A DNA stretch of 64,000 bases from the sequence record LC597490.1; one strand, given 5' to 3'. Position numbers and translations under genes: made by a program. The notes under the pieces were generated by a model. The model saw only the letters and a list, made by a program, of their open reading frames with translations. It was not told the DNA's origin and did no database searches. Positions 45,825 to 56,300 of the stretch are shown here, piece after piece; positions within the stretch are counted from its first letter, which is position 1, and every line of letters starts with the position of its first letter.

Positions 45825-45853
45825 AAAGTAACCATTACCTATACTTCAGTCAA
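45825..45853 (-). promoter_or_regulatory. TGGT-TACNTT class promoter
   Basis: TTGACT-gaagtataggtaatggt-TACTTT (17 nt). Confidence 0.65.
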
Positions 45854-45857
45854 GATA

Positions 45858-48800
45858 TTATTTATATTTCACCCATAGTTTCGCATCAGGTAAGAAAGCC
45901 ATATAGTTAGCGGAAGACCCATCGAACTTTAATCCGAAACCACGGTCTACGCCATTCGCAATTTTATTCTGAACGAATCCAGTAACATTGACCCATTTAC
46001 CTTCGCCCCATGAGAACCAGTCTGTTACATATTCAGAAGATACAGGCGGATTATTATCTGGTCTTCTATCAGCATATTGATGGGCAACAATTCGAGCCTC
46101 ACGAGCACCAGAGTTACCACCTTTGCTGTAACGAGTAATGTATAACTGAGCATCAATAATAGTCTTGCCTCGTAATGTGTTAGCCAAGTCAGATGAGAAC
46201 CACCAAGTACCAGTACGGTTTCCGTATCCCCATGTTCCTTGCTTAACATAGATTTCGTCATCCCAATAACCATTGGCTGACCAGTTTTGTCCACCTTGAG
46301 AACTCCACTCTCTTACGTATTCTGAAGGAGGTGGTGGTGGCGGAGGTGTAGCTTCTCCATAATCTACTGTCCAGATATCATTTCTCCATGATAAGCCATC
46401 TCCCATATATCCACCGACATATGCATTTGCCCATCGAGTAACACTACCATCTGGTCTTGTGCCTTCACCTTGAACAACAGCGAAGTCAGATACAAGAATG
46501 GAGATAGGATTTCTTCCACCTTTACAGTCTTTAATATAAGCATTTGCATTGTAAATGATAGAGAAAGCCCTAGACTTCACATCATATATCTCAATAGATA
46601 CTGCACGGATATATGCCCAGCGAACACCTGTGATACCCATCTCAACTTTCTTATTTCCATACAACTTACAATACCAAATATCTACGTTAGGAGAAGCAGT
46701 AACATTGATTAGTGAATCTGTTCCTGTTTCAGCCATTGTTCTGTCTTGAGCTTGCATAATGAAATGAGCAATATACAGCTGACACATTACACCATTTACA
46801 ACAATACCAGAGTTGATGGTTTTTCGAGCACCACTGTCGTCACTTCGAACAGTTATTGCACCAGGACCCATGAATCCATTTATGAATATAGGACTGTCGA
46901 TATTCCCATTCAATTGGATGAGTTCAATCTTATTACTGATGAATTTACCCATCTGGTCAATAAAAGCTTGTATGTTTCTTTTTGGTGCTCCTCTAGTACC
47001 AGAGTTATTATCGTTTCCGTTAATAGAATCGAAGAATATTTGACCGACTGTTTTATCTGTTCCAACTACACCGCCGACAATTACATCAGCTTGTATACGA
47101 GGGAAGTAAGCACCAGTCTCATCAATTTGACCTACCGTTTCAGTTTGTCCGTTTCCGCTTTTCTTTACAACTTGTAGGAAACCATTACCTGTAGATGTAC
47201 CTAATTTCAAAGTACCACCTTGTGCTTGGTCAAAAGTAAATATTCCGCTATCGACATCAGTAACAGAAGGATGCGCCCAGTAAGAATCAATAGTAGCTGT
47301 GTTGGAATAATGATGGAAGAATCGAATAGCTACATATCTAGTATCAGGATGCATTGCATAAGCTGTGTCTGTATTCAGTCCTCTACCTATTAAGTCTGGG
47401 TCTGTTGATGTAGCAGGAAGAAGTAGTGATTCCATATCCCGCCAATTATCATACTTAGCACCAGCAGCTCCAACTAAGAAGTATGGGTTTGTTGAGCCGA
47501 ATCCACCTTCAAAGTTTCTATTAGAATAGTTAAACCATTTCATACCGATTGCTTGCTTATTCGCATTATATGCCATAACACCAAAATAGATTCTTGCAGT
47601 TGGAGTTGTATTAGGCATATATGCTGATACCTTAACACGATAAGTTTTACTCGTATTGACTTCGAACAAGCTGGAGTAAATTTGTAAGTCCGACCCTGTT
47701 GTCATTTTTAATACCTTACCATATTGACCTTTTGGATCATTAACAAGACTCATTGTGCCACCATTTCCTAGACTATAACCTTCTAGTGTTCCAGTATTAG
47801 AGAAGTTATTAACAAGGTCTTTTGCTAATACAGATAGCTCATTTGTTGTAATCGTTCCAGACTGGATATGACTTGCATTAATTGCGTTCGACTGAATATG
47901 TGTAGCGTTAATTGCATTAACAGCGATATGTGTAGTTTTAATACTGCCATCTACAATTAATTCTCCACCATTCTTTCTTCTCACTTCTACATTTGTGAAG
48001 TACCAGTTTCCGAAGTTTGCAGTTCCACCAATCTGAACAAACGCTCTTGCTCTAGTTTGAATTTCACTTGTTCCTAATGAGATTTCTCCAGAAACCCGAA
48101 TCCATTTACCACCAGTAGGAGCTTGGGTAATTACTTTCCAGTTTGGATTACTTCCATCTGTCGAAGTAAAATTCATTCCAATACCAATTGGTAATGTACT
48201 ATCCGTTGTATACACATCAGCAGATACAAAGAACTTATCGCCAGGTTGTACAGTAAACCAATTCTCACAATAAGTGTCACGTATCTGTGTGCGACCAAGA
48301 TACTTAGTCGGGCCACCTAGTGTGTTCTGAACAGCTACAACATTTGCTGTCCATCCAATAGCAGTACCATCTGCAAACTGGGGATTCGTTGCATAGTTAG
48401 TAAAATCAGATATAGCAATCTTATCAGCAGTAATTGTATTTGTTTCAATTAGTCCACCTTTGATGTAAGTAGTTCCGCCGATAGCATTCCCTTTCCATAC
48501 ATTTACTAAATCACGAGCCGTATCCCATGCAGAACCTCTATTGTTAAGAGATGTCGCAACATCAACAATAGCATCTGTTGCATCCTCAGGAGCAGGACTC
48601 CAATCTGTTGCACGATTACCAGCTTCTAGTTTTACTTGTCTAAAGCTAACAGCTGAAGCACCAGCAAAACCATTATTATCAAAACGAACATATCCTTCTC
48701 GTTCATTAGCATTGGTTCTAAATGTATAGACTAAACGAGTCCATGTCTTAGCTGGTAAATTACGAGGAGCATATTCATGAACGAAATCGAACTCTTTTGT

Positions 48801-51800
48801 AGAATCAAAGTTTCGTCCTAAGAAATACATATCAGTTGTTGTATTTCCATCAAGCCATACCATAGCACTCAATGTATATTCTGAATCAGGATTAACTCGA
48901 ACCCTTGTAGAGGAAGCAGTCTTTTCTGCTACAACAGTATTGCGAATCGTAAAAATGTTTTCCCTCCAGTAATCTGAGTTATCTACAGACAATGTTCCAG
49001 CATGTGTCCAATCTTTTGTATTGATTGGATTAGATGAATTACGAATTAAGTTACGCCCACCAACATTTACATTATCAATTAGATACTGTGTATCAGCTGG
49101 ACTAGGAGACCATTCTGTAGCAACATTTCCACGTTCTACTTTAATCTTTGCAACAGAAATACTACCATTCTTTGTAATCCAAATATAGAAGTACGGATTC
49201 TTTAATGTGACATCTCCGCAAGCTGCTGTTCCAACGTACTTCATCCATTTACCAGTTGGAGTATCTTTTGTGATGTACTTGAATGGGAATGAGTTTACAT
49301 TTGACCCGTTAGGGTTTATTCCTTTAATCTCAATACCCATACCTTCATCTAAAGTCGTATTGATTTTATACCAGAATGAAACAGTTATAAATTCTCCTTT
49401 ATAGAACTCTTGAATACCTGCCTGTGCTTTTAAATCTTGAGACATACCTTTCCAAACGTTAGTAGTCGCACCAGAAGAACTTAAAGTTACGAACCTTCCA
49501 TATTGTGAATCACTCCCCAATACAGCATCAGCAATTCCAGAGTTCGCCCAAAGTTCTTTCGCTCTAAAGTAATCACTATTATTGATAAGATTTGTTCCAC
49601 CGAATTGTGTATTAGCAATCTCGGTTTTAGCCTTATCAGATATATAGTTATTAAAGGATACATCACCTTGGAAGTTAATGTTCTTCGCTTCAATCTTAAT
49701 CGCTTCAGGAGTTAAGTTAATTGCAGATACTAATGTTGTTCCATCTACTACATCTTTACCACCAGACTGCTTTACAATTAATCCAATTCGATTAGATGTT
49801 TGTTCAATAGATGTTTGCATTTCTGTAGCCATTGTAGATAGAGGAGAATTAATACCTTGAGGGATACCGTTTTGAATTAATGAACTTACTTCAGCATATG
49901 GCGCATCAGTTGTATTAGGCATAATAGATTCAATACCATTACCACGACCAATACCTGGAATACCAATAAGAGCTTGTGGATAACGTTGGTCATTAATGAT
50001 TTTACCTGAGCCACCACATCGAGCTAATGCGTCAGAAAGCTTTTGATGTGTATAAGCAGAATCTTGAGTCGTAACTAAAACAATCACATCATCTTTTAAT
50101 GAGTTTAATTTGTCAGCCATTGCATCTCTATCTGCTACAGTGCCATGTGTGTCATAGGTTTGTGTAAAAGTGACTGCTAAATCTGAACGTCTTAATGTCA
50201 TCAAGCAATGTCCACGTCCATTATTAGGTGTTACATCTTTATTGTTTAATACTACTAATCTACCAGCAGGTCTGTTTTGACCAGTACCTCTCAAATAAAT
50301 ACGACCTGTGTTAACTATCTTTTGTGTTTCTGTGATCGTAGATTCGAATTTTCCATCATAAGCTTGGAATTGTTGAGTAACTGTAGACTTGTATTTTTCT
50401 AATGCTTGAACAGTATCTTCAGGGTTAGGTGACCAACTCGATGCTTTGTTTCCTTCTTCTAATTGAATAGATACAAAGGAATATGTTCCAGTTCCAGCAG
50501 CGCCACTTCTACCTAGATAAATTGTCTCGTTTGCAACCGTAGGAGTATACGTTAGTACTACTTTCTCCCATTGATTTTCTTTTGTAGCAAAAGCAGTAGC
50601 ATAGGCATTATTGTTATTCAACATAATGACAGGTTTAATAGTTGAACCTGGCTTTACCCATACCCATGCAGATAATGTATGAACAACACCTGGAGTTACT
50701 TTTACACTCTGCATAACACCTTGGTTCGCAGCATTGATTTCCATACTAATACATCTAGGGGAGTCTTGGATTGTACCTTGCGTATCAACCCATAACTGTG
50801 TAGGTAATCCCCACTTAGCCCATTCAGCCATAGTACCATCTAAGAAAGCACTATTACGAACAATGTTTCGTCCACCAATAACCATAGCGTTTAATTGGCT
50901 ATCAGCATAATCTTTGCTAACTTGAGTAGAATCATTGATAGCAGATGTCGTATCTTCAGGAGCTTCAGTCCAATCTGTCGCTTTACTTCCTGCTTCCAAC
51001 TTAAATGAATGGAAATAGAATGTAGTAGCCGTACCATCTTTTTGATAGTAGATAACATTTGAATGGTAAGTACCACTTGTATTAGCTTTGAATGTATACG
51101 TAAACTTTTGCCATGAAGTAGTAACCCCATTAGCAGATTGTCCGCCATCTTCAGAACCAATTGTAATCGTACAGTTACGACTAGCTTTAATATAGATAGA
51201 CCATGTATATGTTTCACCATTTCTCAAAGGCATAGTAGATGGTTTGTGTACACCACCAGATATTGTTCCATCCATTGTTACTACCATAGCTTTACCGCTA
51301 ATCGCACTAGGTTCATTTGAAACAACAACAGTCTTTGCATTGTTCCAGTTCCATTCAGACGTACCTTTCACGAAACCAGTTCTAGCAATTAAGTTTCGTC
51401 CTCCAACTTGAATATCATCCATTCGAGTATACATGTCAGCTGGGTTAGGTTGCCACGCCGTTACCGTATTTCCTTCTTCTAATTTCATGTTTCGCAAATA
51501 AGAAGTTACATTTAAAGTATTTAAATCTTGATGATAAATGAAAGGAGTGAATTCTGTTTCTCCTGTTGCAACAGTCTTAATTCGAAGTACAATCTTTTCC
51601 CATGTATTAGCGGTTGCAGTTGTTTTAGATAACAACCATTTACCTGCACTATGAACATTCTCTCCATTTCGAGTCCAGCAATGTAAAGGAGCAGATTCAT
51701 TTACAGGCATGTCTTTGCTAAACATAACTTCTGCACTAAAGATATATTCCGTACTAGGTTTTAGTTTATATAGTACATGACTCCATTGTTTATATGAGCC

Positions 51801-52487
51801 AATACCTTTGATAGCTTTTGCTCCATCTTTATCTACAACCTCAATAGATGTGCCTGAGTTCAATTCCCAGTATTTAGTATTTACGAAATCCCCACTATTA
51901 AATAAGATATTTCGACCACCAATACTCATGTTGTCTACTTTATCTTTAATCTCTTTCGGATTGTATCCACTTTCGAATTGAGTTGTATTGTCGATGCGTA
52001 ATGCATCAGCACGGATTGCTAGTTTACCATCCTTTGTAAAGAAGATACCCTTTACACGGTCATCACCTGTTAGAACAGTCCATGTGTTTGTAGCATCAGC
52101 TGGAGGTTTAGAGCCTGTAATATTTGTGTAGTCTGGTGCAGTTACTTTGTTCCATAAGATACTACCACCAGTCATTTGAATATTACCTTTAATTACGAGG
52201 TCTCCATTTACATCAGCGCTCATAAGTATTTCGTTTGTATCTTTCTTTTTAAATTCAATTCCTTTAGATGCAGCAAGTGTAAGTATATTCTTAGAACTGA
52301 CTATCGTAATACCATTCGTACTATCAATTTTAACTCCGTTATAGTCTTGATTTAATTGAACAGAGTTACCAGCTTTATCCCAAGTACTCTTGTTGTCAGT
52401 AATTATGTTATTAGAGAGTTTTGCTAATTCGAGATTCATAATCTCTGTCGATTCTTTGTAATCATTCCACATCGTTAACTGTGGCAC
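45858..52487 (-). CDS. giant modular tail fibre/receptor-binding protein (2209 aa)
   Basis: about 7 CBM_4_9-like modules (GGRNL...KLEEGN.AT.W.P.PED), ILEI-like domain, beta-helix region (DSINGNDNNSG..PKRNIQ), poly-Pro linker, C-terminal domain. Confidence 0.8.
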   Translation of the reverse strand: MPQLTMWNDYKESTEIMNLELAKLSNNIITDNKSTWDKAGNSVQLNQDYNGVKIDSTNGITIVSSKNILTLAASKGIEFKKKDTNEILMSADVNGDLVIKGNIQMTGGSILWNKVTAPDYTNITGSKPPADATNTWTVLTGDDRVKGIFFTKDGKLAIRADALRIDNTTQFESGYNPKEIKDKVDNMSIGGRNILFNSGDFVNTKYWELNSGTSIEVVDKDGAKAIKGIGSYKQWSHVLYKLKPSTEYIFSAEVMFSKDMPVNESAPLHCWTRNGENVHSAGKWLLSKTTATANTWEKIVLRIKTVATGETEFTPFIYHQDLNTLNVTSYLRNMKLEEGNTVTAWQPNPADMYTRMDDIQVGGRNLIARTGFVKGTSEWNWNNAKTVVVSNEPSAISGKAMVVTMDGTISGGVHKPSTMPLRNGETYTWSIYIKASRNCTITIGSEDGGQSANGVTTSWQKFTYTFKANTSGTYHSNVIYYQKDGTATTFYFHSFKLEAGSKATDWTEAPEDTTSAINDSTQVSKDYADSQLNAMVIGGRNIVRNSAFLDGTMAEWAKWGLPTQLWVDTQGTIQDSPRCISMEINAANQGVMQSVKVTPGVVHTLSAWVWVKPGSTIKPVIMLNNNNAYATAFATKENQWEKVVLTYTPTVANETIYLGRSGAAGTGTYSFVSIQLEEGNKASSWSPNPEDTVQALEKYKSTVTQQFQAYDGKFESTITETQKIVNTGRIYLRGTGQNRPAGRLVVLNNKDVTPNNGRGHCLMTLRRSDLAVTFTQTYDTHGTVADRDAMADKLNSLKDDVIVLVTTQDSAYTHQKLSDALARCGGSGKIINDQRYPQALIGIPGIGRGNGIESIMPNTTDAPYAEVSSLIQNGIPQGINSPLSTMATEMQTSIEQTSNRIGLIVKQSGGKDVVDGTTLVSAINLTPEAIKIEAKNINFQGDVSFNNYISDKAKTEIANTQFGGTNLINNSDYFRAKELWANSGIADAVLGSDSQYGRFVTLSSSGATTNVWKGMSQDLKAQAGIQEFYKGEFITVSFWYKINTTLDEGMGIEIKGINPNGSNVNSFPFKYITKDTPTGKWMKYVGTAACGDVTLKNPYFYIWITKNGSISVAKIKVERGNVATEWSPSPADTQYLIDNVNVGGRNLIRNSSNPINTKDWTHAGTLSVDNSDYWRENIFTIRNTVVAEKTASSTRVRVNPDSEYTLSAMVWLDGNTTTDMYFLGRNFDSTKEFDFVHEYAPRNLPAKTWTRLVYTFRTNANEREGYVRFDNNGFAGASAVSFRQVKLEAGNRATDWSPAPEDATDAIVDVATSLNNRGSAWDTARDLVNVWKGNAIGGTTYIKGGLIETNTITADKIAISDFTNYATNPQFADGTAIGWTANVVAVQNTLGGPTKYLGRTQIRDTYCENWFTVQPGDKFFVSADVYTTDSTLPIGIGMNFTSTDGSNPNWKVITQAPTGGKWIRVSGEISLGTSEIQTRARAFVQIGGTANFGNWYFTNVEVRRKNGGELIVDGSIKTTHIAVNAINATHIQSNAINASHIQSGTITTNELSVLAKDLVNNFSNTGTLEGYSLGNGGTMSLVNDPKGQYGKVLKMTTGSDLQIYSSLFEVNTSKTYRVKVSAYMPNTTPTARIYFGVMAYNANKQAIGMKWFNYSNRNFEGGFGSTNPYFLVGAAGAKYDNWRDMESLLLPATSTDPDLIGRGLNTDTAYAMHPDTRYVAIRFFHHYSNTATIDSYWAHPSVTDVDSGIFTFDQAQGGTLKLGTSTGNGFLQVVKKSGNGQTETVGQIDETGAYFPRIQADVIVGGVVGTDKTVGQIFFDSINGNDNNSGTRGAPKRNIQAFIDQMGKFISNKIELIQLNGNIDSPIFINGFMGPGAITVRSDDSGARKTINSGIVVNGVMCQLYIAHFIMQAQDRTMAETGTDSLINVTASPNVDIWYCKLYGNKKVEMGITGVRWAYIRAVSIEIYDVKSRAFSIIYNANAYIKDCKGGRNPISILVSDFAVVQGEGTRPDGSVTRWANAYVGGYMGDGLSWRNDIWTVDYGEATPPPPPPPSEYVREWSSQGGQNWSANGYWDDEIYVKQGTWGYGNRTGTWWFSSDLANTLRGKTIIDAQLYITRYSKGGNSGAREARIVAHQYADRRPDNNPPVSSEYVTDWFSWGEGKWVNVTGFVQNKIANGVDRGFGLKFDGSSANYMAFLPDAKLWVKYK

Positions 52488-52517
52488 GCATACTCACCTA
52501 CCTTTATTTTTATATAG

Positions 52518-52544
52518 AAAAAAGAGAGCATTTCTGCTCTCTTT
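52518..52544 (-). terminator. intrinsic terminator
   Basis: AAAGAGAGCA-GAAA-TGCTCTCTTT then TTT. Confidence 0.85.
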
Positions 52545-52573
52545 AACGTAACCATACTTTACCAATCCGTCAA
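52545..52573 (-). promoter_or_regulatory. TGGT-TACNTT class promoter abutting the terminator
   Basis: TTGACG-gattggtaaagtatggt-TACGTT (17 nt). Confidence 0.65.
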
Positions 52574-52597
52574 TATACAAACGAACTATATTAGTTG

Positions 52598-52747
52598 TTA
52601 AGCATAAAGATTTGGATTTTTTGGAGTTGCAATGATGAAGTCTGCTTCAGGTTCAGTGATGAACTTTGCCTTTGCATACTGACGTACTTGTTGCTCTTCT
52701 TTGATCTTGTCAACAATCCACATGTTTAAGATAAATTGATACATCAT
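52598..52747 (-). CDS. XkdX-like small protein (49 aa, not in ORF track)
   Basis: MMYQFILNMWIVDKI...KFITEPEADFIIATP; RBS AAGGAGG; follows fibre chaperone-like gene. Confidence 0.7.
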   Translation of the reverse strand: MMYQFILNMWIVDKIKEEQQVRQYAKAKFITEPEADFIIATPKNPNLYA

Positions 52748-52852
52748 GAATCCTCCTTTTGATAATTTCTGGTTGTCTTTGGCCCTAGACTAATGATGAT
52801 TAAAATAATTCTTTTTATGCATAATTGGAACTTAACATTTCAATCTGCAATA

Positions 52853-52881
52853 AATGTAACCATTTGATATAGGAGTGTCAA
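52853..52881 (-). promoter_or_regulatory. TGGT-TACNTT class promoter
   Basis: TTGACA-ctcctatatcaaatggt-TACATT (17 nt). Confidence 0.7.
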
Positions 52882-52886
52882 TGGTA

Positions 52887-53273
52887 TTAAATTGGTAAAT
52901 TCATCTTCTGCAACATCGGAATCATGTTCATCATTTGAATCACAGTATCCTCTGTGTTATTAATACGGCTCTGTAATTCATTGTTTTTTTGTTCCAACTT
53001 ATCTCTTTCTTTTTTAATAGCTTCTAACTCTTCTTCTATTGTTAGTTTATTAACAATGAAGTTTTTCGATAAGTCTGCCGCCATTATTTCATCTGTTATA
53101 AGAGCATCAATTTCTATTTCATAATCATCAGCAAGAATAAGATATCTTCCTTCTGTAAAACTAAAGACTGCTTGATTTGTTTTTACTTCATTATCTACAA
53201 TCTCTACAATAGTTAGGTTTTTATCTATATACTCAACTTTGTCTTTCTCTCGTGTTAAATAGATTAATTGCAT
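52887..53273 (-). CDS. putative fibre assembly chaperone with C-terminal coiled coil
   Basis: LEQKNNELQSRINNTEDTV; located between fibre gene and XkdX-like gene. Confidence 0.6.
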   Translation of the reverse strand: MQLIYLTREKDKVEYIDKNLTIVEIVDNEVKTNQAVFSFTEGRYLILADDYEIEIDALITDEIMAADLSKNFIVNKLTIEEELEAIKKERDKLEQKNNELQSRINNTEDTVIQMMNMIPMLQKMNLPI

Positions 53274-53288
53274 ACTAACACCTCTTTT

Positions 53289-53313
53289 AAAATAGAGGGC
53301 TGTTAAGCCCTCT
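53289..53313 (-). terminator. intrinsic terminator
   Basis: AGAGGGC-TTAACA-GCCCTCT then ATTTT. Confidence 0.6.
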
Positions 53314-56300
53314 TATTTGTACTTAACCCACAACTTAGCTTCTGGAAGGAATGCCATGTAGTTAGCAGATGAGCCATCGAACTTTAACCCAAATCCTCTA
53401 TCTACACCGTTAGCAATTTTGTTTTGAACAAAGCTTGTAACGTTAACCCACTTGCCTTCACCCCAACTAAACCAATCTGATACATACTCACCAGATACTA
53501 ATGGGTTATTTGGTGGTCTATTATCAGCATATTGGTGAGCTACGATTCTAGCTTCACGGGCACCTGAGTTACCGCCCTTACTATATCGAGTGATATAAAG
53601 TTGAGCATCAAGGATTGTTTTTCCACGAAGCGTGTTAGCCAAGTCACTAGAGAACCACCATGTACCAGTACGGTTACCATAGCCCCATGTTCCTTGTTTA
53701 ACATAAATCTCATCGTCCCAATATCCATTTGCTGACCAGTTCTGTCCGCCAAGTGAAGACCATTCACGGACATACTCAGATGGTGGTGGCGGTGGTGGAG
53801 GAGTAGCTTCGCCGTAGTCGATTGTCCATACATCAGAACGCCAGTTAACACCATCACGATTGTAACCACCAATGTAAGTGAATCCCCAACGAGCGATAGA
53901 ACCATCCCATCTTGTAGCTAAACTTCCGTTGTCTACATTATAGTCACCTTGTACCCAAGCATAGTCAGATGTAAGAATTGCAACTGGGTTTCTTCCGCCC
54001 TTACAACCCCATCCTACCCATGCACCAGAATTATAGATAACAGATAAAGCACGGTTTTTCACATCGTAAATTTCTGTATATGTTACACGAACAAATCCAC
54101 CACGTACAACACTAATACCCATATCAACTTTTTTATTTGCATATATTTTACAGTTGTAGACATCCACATTTGTAGAAGCCCAAACATAAACACATGCATC
54201 TGTTCCAGGTGCAGTAAAGTTGTCCTTACCTTGGAATATCCAGTGCTGTAAGTATAGATTACATGTAACGCCATATACAACGAAGTTACCATAAGCATTT
54301 CTTTTTACAGAATCAGCTCCACCAATAGTCATTGTGCCTGGACCAAAGAATCCTTTGATAACTAAAGGTGCATCTATTTGCCCATTCTGCAACCATATAC
54401 CTATACGCTCACTTAGATACTTACCTAGACCATCCAAATAAGATTGTATGTTTCGTTTTGGACTAGCTTTTGTTCCAGGGTTATTGTCATTACCATTTAC
54501 AGAGTCAAAGTAAACGTCTCTACCTTCCATCTCCATACCAATTACATTTCCTATAAACTGGTCGGCTTGAATCTTAGGGAAGTAAGCTCCTGTTTCATCA
54601 ATCTGTCCAACAGTCTCTTGTTGTCCTTGCGTACCTTTCTTAACTACCTGCAAGAATCCGTTACCAGTATCTGTACCTAGTCGCAATGTTCCGCCGACAG
54701 CTTGGTCGAATGTAAACATCCCACTATCTGTTGCAGTAACAGATGGGTGTGCATAATAGGAATCAACACTCGTTTTAGAGTAATGATGGAAGAAACGAAT
54801 TGCTAGATACCTAGTATCAGGGTGCATGATTAAAGCTGTATTCGTATTGAGTCCACGACCAACTTGTTCAGAAGAACTAATTGTAGTTGGCAGTACTAAA
54901 GCTTCCATATCTCTCCATGTATCATACTTCAGACCTGTATTTCCAATATAGAAATAAGGATTTGTTATGAGGTAATCAGAATCAAAAATACCAGATGCAT
55001 AATCAAATTGCTTCATACCAATTACAGTTTTATTTGCATTGTAAGCCATGACACCAAAGTACAATCTTGTTGTAGCAGTAGGTGTTGGCATAAGTGCGGA
55101 TACCTTGATTCGATATGTCTTACTTGAGTTGACTTCAAATAGAGTAGAGGTAATTTGCAAGTCTGACCCTGTTGTCATTTTCAGAACCTTACCATACTGG
55201 CCTTTTGGGTCAGCGACCATAGAGATAGTTCCACCAGAGCCGATGGAGTAACCTTCTACACTATTCGTATTCGAGAAGTTATTTACTAAGTCCTTTGCAA
55301 GAACGGACAACTCATTTGTAGTGATAGAACCAGATTGGATGTGAGTTGCATTTACTGCATTCGTTTGAATATGTGTAGCATTTACACTATTAACTGCCAG
55401 GTTCTCTGCTGTAATCGTACCATTAACAAGTAACGAACCAGAGTACATCTTGCGTAATTCAATCTGTCTTAGGTAATAATAGCCTGTTGTACTACTATCT
55501 TTCTCTGCAAAGAATTGAACTCGTTTAACAGTTTTACCATCAGTTGGTTCAGCGGTAATTGTTAGTTTCGTTTCAACTAACCCATAAGTTGTTGTGATAG
55601 GCATACCAACAATTCCTGCATTTGACCAAGTGCCATCAGTGTAGTGGTATCGAACAATGAAGTTTATATTCATGCTCGTTTCTTTATAACCATAGAATGC
55701 TAGATAGTATTGATCTTTCACTTTAAACTCCATCGTATTTGCTTCTGAGAAAGTTGCATTAGCATATGCCGCTTGTCCAATTTTGATATATCGTTTCGTT
55801 CCAACAGTTACTACTGTATATGGAAGATTGTCTCTATCTTCATTGATTGCAGATAAGTTAGTAAAGTCACCGATTGCAATCTTATCAGCTAAGATCGTAT
55901 TCGTTTGAATGAGACCACCATTGATTGTTGTCTTACCATTTTGTGCTGCACCCTTCCAGCTATCAACTAAAGTAGAGGCATTAGACCAAGTAGTAGCATT
56001 AGCATCCAATAATACTTTGGAATCATATGCCTTTATCTCTTCACTTGTAGCAGCTCTCGTAATAACAGAATCGAAATACATTACGTTAGCTGGTTGTGTG
56101 CTATCAATCGTACTCCATGATGCCATTGGATAAATACCATATCCACCGAAGTCTGCATTGTATGGAACTTTAAATACTTTTGATACCGTATACCATTTAT
56201 TTAGTACTGGACTTGGTATAACATCTTTAAACTTAAACACAACATCATAATAGATAGACTTCTTATCGCCTCTCCAGTATCGGAACAACAGACCAGCTGG

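Noticed and set aside
45858-53830. Diversity-generating retroelement TR/VR pair in the fibre C-termini
   Set aside because: Differences are mainly synonymous third-position changes of all base types, not adenine-specific; both copies are coding; no reverse transcriptase is in the window.
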